Shown: one piece after another, positions 11,500-22,393 of the stretch
How positions within the stretch are numbered: position 1 is the stretch's first letter
Layout: each line of letters opens with the position of its first letter
Assembly (NCBI RefSeq): GCF_009834535.1
Contig: NC_045707.1
Span: 63,924,001 to 63,988,000, forward strand
DNA from: Camelus ferus
Taxonomy: Eukaryota
Length of the DNA stretch: 64,000 bases
Direction of reading: 5' to 3'
The notes under the pieces: model-generated
The model's input: the letters and a program-made list of their open reading frames with translations, nothing else
The model's database searches: none
What the model was told of the DNA's origin: nothing
Program-made: the position numbers and the translations under genes

Positions 11500-14300
11500 C
11501 TGAAAATAAGTAAATAGAATGTTCAGTTTTTCATCTAAAAATTCATACACACTATTTACAAGGGATGTTAACACGCTATCCCAGTGAACCAGTATCATTG
11601 ATAACAATTCTCATTCCCTCTCTTCATGGAGAGAGATCTTGCTGGCTCGCTGACCATCATTGTTCCACAAGCATCTGCATTAAAATGGTCATTGGATTGA
11701 TTGTGAGGAATTTCAAAGAGTCAAGGCTCAGTGGCACTGGACGTTAAAACAAAGGAAGGGACATCAGCAGTGTGAAGGTCCAAGTGGGAGGGACGCTTGG
11801 CCCAGTGTTGGTGGCTTGTGGACGCAGCGCTTCACCTGAATCTGGCTCGATGAGCTGCTGGCTAGTCTGTGCCCTCCTTGGGACTCCTGTACCGCATCCC
11901 CTTCCTTGTTCTCTCCTCTGCCCTCTGACTCTGTCCCATTGCTGTTCAGACTCTCTCCTGAGAGGACACCTTCGGGAACGGTTTTGTTCCTGACTCCGGT
12001 CCAGGTCCTGTCTTTCCCCCGGCCTAAGGGCCAGGATGACAGCCTGCTTCTGAGAGGTTTATGTGGTCCAGGGCACTCTCAGGAAGGACATCAGGCCTAG
12101 ACTTTCCACAAGGTCACAAATGAGGATTCAGAGCCAAAGGATGATGTTTTCCTTGGTCTGGGAGGCAAAGCTCTCCATCCTTCACGCACAGAGACGGAAT
12201 GGCCAATTTCAAATCATGAATTTCTCTATCTGTTATGGCACAAATGGCTTTTCAATTCCATTACTCACAAGCAGCTTTATAGATTTACTCCACCTTGTAT
12301 TTACATCTTCCTATGAAAAAGTAATTGCCTGCTGGTCTCTGGGAATGGCGGATTTCCCAGATGACGCAGAAAAACCTTTTGCTCAGGCAATCAGATGTGG
12401 TTAGATCTTCCTCTGTGGGAAAGAATTGCTATTTAATGTTAAGAGAGAGATAATTTGACCAAGTTAAACATGAATCAAGATTCCTACTTGTCTGGCACAA
12501 ACCATCCTTAAGCCATACAGCAGGCAGGAAACTTGTGTCTTTTGTGGACATAAATTTTCTTCCTGTTTGTAAATCTCTCCAGATGCTCTGTTTTGATTAA
12601 ACGAGGATTGGGACCTTATAAATTACTTGGATCTCTAGCGACGGAAAGGAAGAGGCTGGGAGTAACCAATTTACTGATCCTGTGTAGCCCTGGGCAAGGC
12701 GAGGGAAGAGAGGACGTTGAGACTCACATGAATTTGTCCTGAATGCATGAATTGCATGAATTTGCAATCTTGGGTCCTCACCGCAAACATCAGGGGAAAA
12801 AAGGAAAGACTATTTATGGCAGTACCTATCAAAGCCCATCTTGTTTTTTCGTTCCTGTCGTGTTGAAAAGGACTAGAAGGTGCTTTCCACTGCTAAGATC
12901 CCCAGCTCAGCCCTTGTGTAAATAAGAAGGGAAAAGTTCTAATTCTTCTAAGCAGCTGATGGGAACAGCTTGCTCATGCCGTTAAGTTGACTTTAGAGTC
13001 CTGCCTGCACAAGTTCATCTTTGGCATCTCCTTGTGAGGATGACATTCCTCCCCCTCAAGAGGAAACACACAGTGACCTAAGCAACCTGGGAGGAAAGCT
13101 GTTAGGTCCTCTCAAGAAATCAGTGAACGCAGACCTGGTCAGGTGCTAAACTGACCACGTACAAATGGCTAAGCTCTGTATGCAAATGAGCAATGATGGG
13201 CTGCAAGGAAGGCCACACTGGTCACCTCCTTCTGCAGTCCTGGGCAGAGCCAGTGTGACAGATTTGGCGGCCCTGTGTGGCTTATTACACTTGAGCACTG
13301 AAGATGTGGAGGTGAGGAGGGAGCAGCTGGAACGTCCCTCCCCTCCCGGCACACTCAGGACCCTCACTGCCCGTCCCCGCACCCTCATTCCACCTCTCTC
13401 ACTCAGCCGGAGAATGAAGAGCAGCCCCTTCCTGGGAAAACGACTGGACCCGCTAAGACCCATAGCAACTCCTCTGGCATTAGGCTCCGGGCAGTCAGCT
13501 GGCTGGACTCCACGGATTTTCAGGACAGGTACCAACTGAGAACTGCAGTTTTGACCTATTCTTTGGAAGTAGCACATACAGGTGAACATGGATTTCAGAG
13601 TCAAACTACAGAAGGAAACAAATCCCAGTTCTGCTGCTGACTAGCTGTGGCATGTTGGTAAAATAACTGACCCTTACCGGAGCCAAAAGTGGGCAAGTAG
13701 TATCCGCTCTCCCAGGATGGTTGTAGGGCTGACTGCAACAATGTATGCCGAGGGCTCAGTGCAGTATTCGGTTAGAGACATGCTTAATAAATGGTAGCTG
13801 TTTCTTTGTTTTGTTTTGTTTTGCTTTGTTTTTGCAGACTTGCGTTGCTTCAGCAGAAACCTTCACCATCAGCTACTGAGATGCCTGTTCACCTCCGATC
13901 AGAGAGCCTGGCATCGCCTCCCCTGCATCCTCTCAGTCAGGGGGAGGACCAGACTCTGGAGCTGTGAGCCTGAGTGACAATACCGAACTGATCCTTGATA
14001 GAGATGGCACATTCCTAAGCAAAGAGTCACTGCTCAGCAGAGGACGTCTCAGTTAGCTTATAATGATCCTAAACTAATTTATCACTCTTGGTAGATTCAC
14101 AGAAAATCTCGGTTTTATGGTTTAGCTCTGTGGGGTGTGTGGGTGGGAGGGTAAGATAAAGCCACTGTAAATATCTGTTTAAAGCGCAGGCAATTAAGCA
14201 AACCCAATAGCCGGTTTGACTTAAAGGCTATTTTTGATTCCCTTAGAATAGCCCTGAAAACACTGAAAAAAAATGGGAAACAAATAAAAGGTCAACTCAC

Positions 14301-14372
14301 AAGGTCTCTAGGCTGTGGAGCCCATCAAAGCATTTCTTTCCCAGGGAGTGGATTCCATTGTTATGGAGATGC
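14301..14372 (-). CDS. LGR5: LGR5 exon 6 (72 nt): HLHNNGIHSLGKKCFDGLHSLET
   Basis: Acceptor cag and donor gtgagt; manual translation. Confidence 0.97.
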
Positions 14373-15482
14373 CTGCAGGAGAACGTACAGACAGTCACGG
14401 GGCACATGCGCAGGGGAACTTAGGCACAACATCCTGATTGCTGAAGTCCAAAAAAAAAACCTCTGCTAAGGAATGCACTGATGATACATAAGAAATGCTT
14501 TGTTCAACGTTTTTTTGGTTTGTTTGTTTTAAAGGCTCTATGCCCCATTCCCTTTTACCACAGATGATTGTATACCAAAAATTTAACAGGCCACCACAGA
14601 TTTATTTTTGGGGTTTGAGATCTCATGGAGTGAGCAATGTGACTGGTGAAGGTAAATTCAGGCTATTCCGCGAGGCCTTGGGATGCAGGATGTTGAACAG
14701 AGCTTCTGACCAACAGTGACAAAGGGAGGATGGAGGGAAGGTCCTAGGTGTACCGAGCACATTTTCTATTAAAGCTGATAGCTGATCATGGCCACATTCC
14801 TGGGGTGGGGCCACAGGTTAACAGGAAACAGTAATTTCAGCCACAGAGAATGGGAATCAGATTTTTCGGCTGCTCAAGGAGGTTGGTTATCTTGACACAA
14901 TATTAATGTGCCTAATTATCATCTTTGGCTCAGTGGTAAGTCGGTGAGGTCAGGGCCAGTGAGAACAGCTGTGCACACAGCTGAAAACTGGACCAAGTCC
15001 CAAAGGGATTTTTGGAAAATGGGCTTAAGGAGGAAGGGGGAGATGGAGTAGCCAGATCTCTGTAAATCCATTCCCTCTAGTGGAGGGTTAGGTTAAAGCA
15101 ACTACCCAGCTCCTGGGGGGTTAGAAGCATCATCTTTGTATGTGAAATGCAATATAGAAATCTGTTAGTATCACCCCAAATGTCCTATCCTTTCAGACTG
15201 AGGTTTTTATTCTAATAAATAGATGTTGGTTTCATGTGAGATCTATGTGACATTTAATCGAGAATTTTTTTCATGCAACACATGAGGGAAGAGGATTGAG
15301 GGGAACCTAAAAAGATGGATAAGATGCTGGCCAGCCCTCAGAGGAGTATATACCTCAATGCAAGAGACAGACGTGTCACCAAGCAAAGTGGAATGATTGA
15401 CAGCAGCGGTGGGCGGGGCATGGAGCAAAAGTAGAAATAGTGCGGAAGATGCTTTCCTCCAAGTTCCTATGCAAACTGTCTT

Positions 15483-15611
15483 TTTTGTGGGTGGGGAAGG
15501 GTAATTAGGTTTACTTATTTATTTATTTATCAGAGAAGTACTGGGGATTGATCCCAGGACCTCATGCTTGCCAAGCTTGCGCTCTATCACTTGAGCTATA
15601 CCCTCCTCCCT
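15483..15611 (-). mobile_element. Vic-1-like SINE, copy 2
   Basis: Same head and tail as the other copies; probable TSD caaactg..tctt. Confidence 0.87.
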
Positions 15612-16297
15612 CAAACTGATCTTATTATACCTTCCAAGTAGCTACTGTTTTCCTGTATCAGCATCAATTGACTATTACTGTATTACACACAGAGGGCATT
15701 GTGCTACACTCTTAAACTTAAAAAATAAAACTTAACATGATTACTTGAGAATCATTTTGATGTACTTAAAACAATGAAATTTAGACCTATCAGGAAAAAA
15801 AGCCATACAAATTCCTAGCTTGCTGTCAAGGGTTCCTTCTTGCTGCTGTTCCCTTGGAAGGGTTTCAAGAACTACTTATTAAGTAATAAGAAGGGCATAA
15901 TTTCAGTTTGACCTGAATTATAAATTATTGTCAGAAATCAGGGATTGTTATTAACTTTGATCGTGGGACGACACGTACAGGGTGGTGATCACCTGTACAA
16001 TATACAATGGCTTCCCTAAGAGGTCATACTTTGTTATCTTTGAAGGCTTGGCAGTGCTTGGTACTTAGCAGGTGCTTGATAAATGTTGTTTAATTCTTGT
16101 ATACAATTAGAAAATTTATGAGTCATTTTGGGGAGGGGCGCAGGGAGTTTTCCTCCCTTGAAATGTCCCTGTTCAAAGTCTGAAGGGCACCCCTTACGGC
16201 CAAGGTCTTATTGAATTATAAAGTCTTACAGTGAATTTAGAAGCCTTTAAAAGAGAAAAAGAGACAGAGAGAGAAAAAAAAAATCAATAAAACTCAC

Positions 16298-16513
16298 AGA
16301 ACTACCAAGCTGGAGAGGTTTCCAAAGGCATAGTCTGGTATGTGGTGGATTTTGTTCAGGGCCAAGGTCATGGCCTGCAGGGCTGATAAACTTCTGAAAG
16401 CCTGGACCGGGATTTCTGTCAGAGCGTTGTCGTCCAGCCACAGGTGCCTCAGGGAATGCAGGCCACTGAAGCAGCTGGGGGGCACGTGGCTGATGTGGTT
16501 GGCATCCAGACGC
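16298..16513 (-). CDS. LGR5: LGR5 exon 5 (216 nt, three LRRs): [12 protein letters not shown]...[11 protein letters not shown]
   Basis: Contained in track ORF 16294..16746; C-rich acceptor ccccag and donor gtgagt. Confidence 0.98.
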
Positions 16514-19235
16514 CTGGGGAAGGAAGCAGGCGAGAATGGAGAATGAGGGCACACTGCAGGCAGGGGATGGGCTCTGCAGGAGAACCTCAATATGCTGATT
16601 AACAAGAGTGGAGCAGGGCCCGGTGGGGGTGGGGTGGGGCCGGGCCCCCTACCATCTGCAGCATTCTGCTCCCCTGGTGGCCTCTCCTCACTCACAAGCA
16701 GAACCATTGCATCTTGGGCTGTCTTGGCTGTAAAATTCCATGGCACTGTGATTCTCTTCCAGGCTTGTGGGTAACATGCTTTCCCACCCGGAAGTGGCCT
16801 CCCCTGGGGGATAGAGTTTCAGCGTGATGATCATGATCGTTCAGCTTTCCTTTCTGACACCCGGAGAAACGCACCCTCTCGCCTCCCTCCCATCCCAAGC
16901 CAAAGAAATGCCATTGCTTCCCGGGACTGTTCTGAACAGACAAAACAAATTCATCTATTGGTTTGTTCATGAAGTTCTGGGAAAAGATTATTTCAGTACC
17001 GAAAGAGACTGAATAATTTTTACAAGGCAGTTAGAGATCCGCTTTAAGGAGCGCTCCGGGAGATGGCCCCTCCCTTTTGCTCAGTACTGCATGGAAAAGC
17101 CCAAAACCTCCAGGCTTTCTTGCTCATCCTACCAACGGCATTGAATAGACATTAGTTTTTCTCGACATGTTCAACAAATAACAAAATCAATAGTTTTCCC
17201 AGGGTTTGCTTGCTTTCTTTACACACCATTTTTTTTTTTAATGGGGGAAATACATCTAAAAATAGGGCTGGTTAATAAGCTGTTGCAGCTTCAGAGCCAG
17301 CAGAGGGAGTGCAGTACATTTATTTCATCCTAATCCAACATAAACAATGGCTGTAATGACAAGGCCTTCACTTTTCGTATTGAAGTGACCAAGCACACTA
17401 GGAATTGAAATTTTCTGCAAGGTGAGTGAACAACAGAACCACCAACATCCAATTCTGCGTCCAACAGCCCTCACTCAGTTTTTCCAGTCTTTTCTTAAGG
17501 CTCACACATTTGTTTACATTTTCAAAGATAGGATTTAAAATTAAAAAAAAAAAAAAAAAGAAGAGTTGCATTTTAAGCAGTGCATGTATTAGGAAGGATT
17601 AGAAAATCACGAGTGGATTTTGAAAAATGTTTTAGGAAGCATTTAAGACAAAACAGATGCAGAAAGCTCACCAGGGTCACAGAAGAATCCCCTGCAAGCC
17701 AAATTTAAATAGTTTAGAAACAGAAATCTCTGTGGTAGGGAGCTAATCACGAAGGAAAGTGGCGTCCTCACCTCGGGCCACGTGGGTCACTCCAGGAGGC
17801 TCCTTCCCTGGCTCCTGCTTCTCCTGACTGAATGGGGACCGATGCCCTCAAGGCCCTGGGCCACATTTTGATACTGAGATAAGGTCACTTGGAACAAACA
17901 AGTCCCGTGTCATACCCACTCACAACGACATTTCCAGAAGAACAACCATCACTGTAGGCAGCCGAAACACACTTCCAAAGATCTCCAGGTTCTGTCTACA
18001 GATGGAACTGGAAACATTTAGGAAAGTTCAGCCCTGTCTTCCTCTTGCCCCAGCATCACCACGCTCAGCCCCTGTTCAGATCAGGTATAATTTCATCTGG
18101 GGGGGAGGAGGTGCTTGTTTTTGTTTGACTGAGAGGTAAAGCACATATGTAAACTCTCCTTAACGGCTGCACTGATTAAAGCAGGAAGACTTTATTTAAA
18201 TAATATGAGCTTCCGATCTTTAGTTGACATATTGTCTGATTATTGCCAGTCGCTTTATGCACTGAAACTACAAGTGACTTCCTGAAAATTCAAGTTCAGT
18301 GCAGATGTCAGGGTGCATTTCCAGAAAAGGCTCTCTCTGCGTTGAGTCCCAGGCATGTCTTTTTCAATATTTAAGTCACTACCCAAGTTTCTGCTGGATC
18401 TCGAAGTGACCCTGGTATCTGTTTCTGATGTTAGTAAGTCCATTTCTCTGGGTAGATGTATTTTATGAATCACTTTTTTTCCCCCAGAAAAAAAAAAAAT
18501 AAAAGGATGTAATCTGGCTTCTACACTGTGATCTTAGAGCGGTTTGCTACCTGAGATGAAACAAGCAAGACAGAAAAAAAAAAAAAAAAAAAGAAAGAAA
18601 GAAACAAGCAAGACAGGGCAATTCTTCACAGCTCTAACACTCCAAACACGATTCTGCCCCGACCCAGGACTCGGGTAGCCTGAGGGCAGCACTAAACATT
18701 TCTCTGCCTCCAGTTTCTTCATATAGGAAGCTCCCAGTAAATGATCCTCCTAACAGCAGTGTTTCGAAGTCGCGTCCACCTGGCCTCAGTGGTCCAGACT
18801 TATGTCCAAGAATCGTAATAATACTCAGATGTATTATTATCTAACTTAATCTGAACAGAAGATTCACAAAACAAACTGGAGCAGGGACTTCATTATCCAG
18901 CTACTTATACAGGTGGTTCTTACGGAACCAGGTTAAGACTGTGGACAAAGCAGCTGGCGGAGCACAAGCTGTGCCTATTCAGGGGGTAAACAAAGAGCGC
19001 GTATTATGTCAGTCTGGTCTTTTGGGGCAGGTGGACATTTTCTATTTATCTGCCTGGAAAATGCAGTATTTAAGCAGTGGCATACAAGAAAAACACCAGT
19101 ACACAGAATGTGAAAACACACATAAAAAGGTGGTTCTGTAATATTATCAGGAGCCACAAAAATAACTATATCATATAGCTCCACTTTTTAAAGGTTTCTT
19201 GGTTATCATTTCTATTTCCTGCAAGTCACACATGG

Positions 19236-19277
19236 ATGTGCATGCATGTGTGTGTGCGTGCGTGCGTGCGTGCGTGT
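19236..19277. repeat. Compound (TG)/(TGCG) microsatellite
   Basis: 42 bp of uninterrupted purine-pyrimidine alternation. Confidence 0.9.
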
Positions 19278-21456
19278 TTAGGCAGCTCAGAACCTGTGAA
19301 TTAGTGCAGAGATTTGGGATGAGAAATTTCAGGTCCAAGGCAGACAGCAGCTGTGTGAGCATGGCCAAGTCAACAGCTCTCAGCTTCCACACTTGTAAGC
19401 TGGGGGTGACACCTCTATCTTACGGGGTTGCTTTATGATTAAAGAAAATAATACAAGGCTTTGAAAACTATAAAGCATGTTAATGATTTTAAAAGATTAT
19501 TACTTAAAGGGGGTTAACAGTTGGTGTTTTTGTCTTTTGATCACAGAAAGCAGTCAGAAAAAAAGGGGTAAACTCAAATTTTCCCATAGTCCAAAGTGGG
19601 TTAAAATGAGTGCCAGCTTGTCAGTGAATTTCAGCTTTGAGAAACGCAGGCTGCTTCTTTCATCCCTTATAACGGAAATGATGATGAAGCGGTGTCTGCA
19701 ATTAGATTTAACAGAAGTCCTCCTTACTTCTCAGACTTCAGTATTATCATTACTTGTATGTGTGTGCGTAGCTCAGAGTTACAAAGCGCAAATAGCTTTG
19801 TTCCTGATATGTTACTATTACGTCTTCATTCTGAAGGCAAAGGAGAAGTGGTGACACGTGATAGATGGGACATTCTCAGAGAAAGTTCCTAGTACTGATC
19901 TTGGCATTTAAGTATCCATCAATAATGTGCATAAAACCTGCGTGCAGTTGGGTGCAGCGAGTAAAATCCTTCAACAATAGGAGTGACCCCACCTTCTTTC
20001 AGACACTCAAACCTCTTAATTATGATCTTGAAATGTGATCTGAAAAGTAATCATTATATGGGAAAAGGCACCCGTTTCATGCTCCAAATGTTACTTATAA
20101 CTTACAGAAAATGATAGATAAAATAAAATTTTATCCAACTTCCTATGTCACAGACAACCACCTATATCATGAGTATATGGTAAACTGGAGAGTGCACTGA
20201 ATTAAGAGAATTAAGACATATTTAAGACTCTGTCAACTTACTAATTCTGCTATTTGTGGGCATAATGTTTCATTTTTTCTAAGGGTCAATTTTCATATCT
20301 GTAAAGCAGAATCACAACAGGTCACAAAATTGCCGTGGGAATTAAATGAGAAACTATACGTGGAAGGGTTTTGTGAACAGTAAAGCACTCTACAAATGTA
20401 GACTGTATTATCTGGGAAAAATCTTCACATTTAGGAAGTGGTATCATCTCCCCACCAAAGTTTCCTTTATTTTTTTTCTGAAGGATCTTAATCCTTTGGA
20501 ATTTCTAATATCTCTCTAGGAGATTGCCTTTTTGTTAGTCTGTTATATGGACTGGCAGGATGGCTGACTTTCTACTCACTGGGCATCCTTAATACACATG
20601 TGCAGCACAGCATGTTTTGATTAGTGTTATAGGAAGGCTTCTATCACAGAGAAAAAGAAGCACACATCTTCTGTGTTCTGCCAGAGGTCCAAAAACGCCC
20701 CAAAGGCTGAAACTAGTGACCTTGTTTGGTGCAAGAACAGAATTTTTAAGTCTGAGCCTCTGCAATGTTACAGGACCACAACTGAAGAGAAATGGATTTG
20801 TCACGACTCCTGGGCATATGTTGAAATAAATCCTTCTCTGGAGGGTGGGCTGGAGGTTGGATGGCTCCACCATTACCAAAAGGTATTCTATTGCACAGAC
20901 TGCTTGGCCAAGGGGACTGTTTCTTACGGACTTTGGGTGCATGGGCCGCTGGTGAGGACCATCCACTTTTCCCGGACAGGGGAAAACACTCATAACTTTG
21001 AGTATCCAAGGTCAGTGTTTGGAGCCTGGATAACTTTACTCCCAGAAAGTTTCTGTGTTACTTACCCATAAGAAATGTCTCACTCCCCCCAAGCAGTCTT
21101 CAAGATCTGCATAAAAATATTTCTCTGGGGCGGGGATGTTGTGTTGCCTGTAGACTGGACACCCTAATAATGGATGTGCTGTAGAAAGGTCACTTGGATA
21201 GCAGTGTGCAGGAGGGGCTGGAGGGAGAGGAAGCGACCAAGGAGGTTGCAGTGAGAACAGATGAGTGCTTGAAAGACGTATGGAAAGGCAGAGGAAGGCC
21301 TGGTATGACGGATGTTGAATGAGTGGGGCTGACAGAACATGGAGGCTTGCCAGACTTGACCAGAGAGGAAGACAAGGAAGCTATGGTGACCCAATGTTCT
21401 GGCCTGGGAGCTGAAAACTTAATTTTTCAACCCTTAGTGAATTTACATTCTTAAAT

Positions 21457-22393
21457 TTTTTTTCTTTTTTTAGTTAAAAAAACCTTTTTTTTTAATTGAA
21501 GTGTAGTTGATTTACAATGTTAGTTTTAGGTGTACAGAAAAGTGACTCAGTTATACATATATATACAATACATATTTTTTCTTTTCAGGTTCTTTTTTAT
21601 TGTATGTTGTTACAAGAAACTGAATATAGTTCCCTGTGCTTTACAGTAGGTCCCTGTTGTTTATCTATTTTATATATAGTAATGTGTGCCTGTTAATCCC
21701 CAGCCCCTAATTTATCCCTCCCTGCCCTTTCCCCTTTGGTAATTATATATATATATATATTTTTTCCTATGTCCATAAGTTTGTTTTTGGTTTGTAAATA
21801 GAATTTGTATTTTTTTTTTTTTTAGATTTCAAAAGTATACGTGATATCATATGATATTTGTCTTTCTCTGTCTGACTTACTCCACTTAGTATGGTAATCT
21901 CTAGGTCCATCCATGTTGTGCAAATGGCATTATTTCATTCCTTTTTATGGCTGAGTAATATTCCACTGTATATATACCACATCTTCTTTATCCAGTCATC
22001 TGTTGATAGACAATTGGGTTGTTTCTATGTTTTGGCTATTGTAAATAGTGCTGCTATGAACATTGGGGTACGTGTGTCTTTTCAAATTAGAGTTTTCTCC
22101 AGATATATGCCCAGGAGTGAAATTTCTGGATCATATGGTAGGACTATTTTTAGTTTTTTAAGGAATCTTCATACTGTTTTCCACAGTATGTAGGCTGCAC
22201 AAACCTACATTCTGACCAACAGTGTAGGAGGGTTCCTTTTTCTCCACACCTTCTGTACCATTTATTTTTTGTAGACATTTTGATAATGGCGATTCTGACT
22301 GGTATGAGGTGACACTTCACTGTAGTTTTGATTTGCATTTCTCTGATAACTAGCAACATTGAGCATCTTCTCATGTGCCTGTTGGCCATCGGG
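21457..22393 (-). mobile_element. 5'-truncated L1 (ORF2 C-terminus plus 3' UTR)
   Basis: ORF 22150..22389 (IREMQIKTT..HL.PVR.AIIK) is the L1 ORF2 C-terminal region; poly(A) tail; degenerate TSD tacRttctKaaat. Confidence 0.93.

Noticed and set aside
16514..16746. In-frame N-terminal extension of exon 5 in ORF 16294..16746
   Set aside because: It is intronic read-through with a non-ATG start. LRR similarity begins exactly at the AG acceptor.
22150..22389. L1 ORF2-like ORFs (also 63036..63287 and the antisense ORFs at 21891 and 25387-25772)
   Set aside because: These are frameshifted remnants of truncated L1s, not genes.
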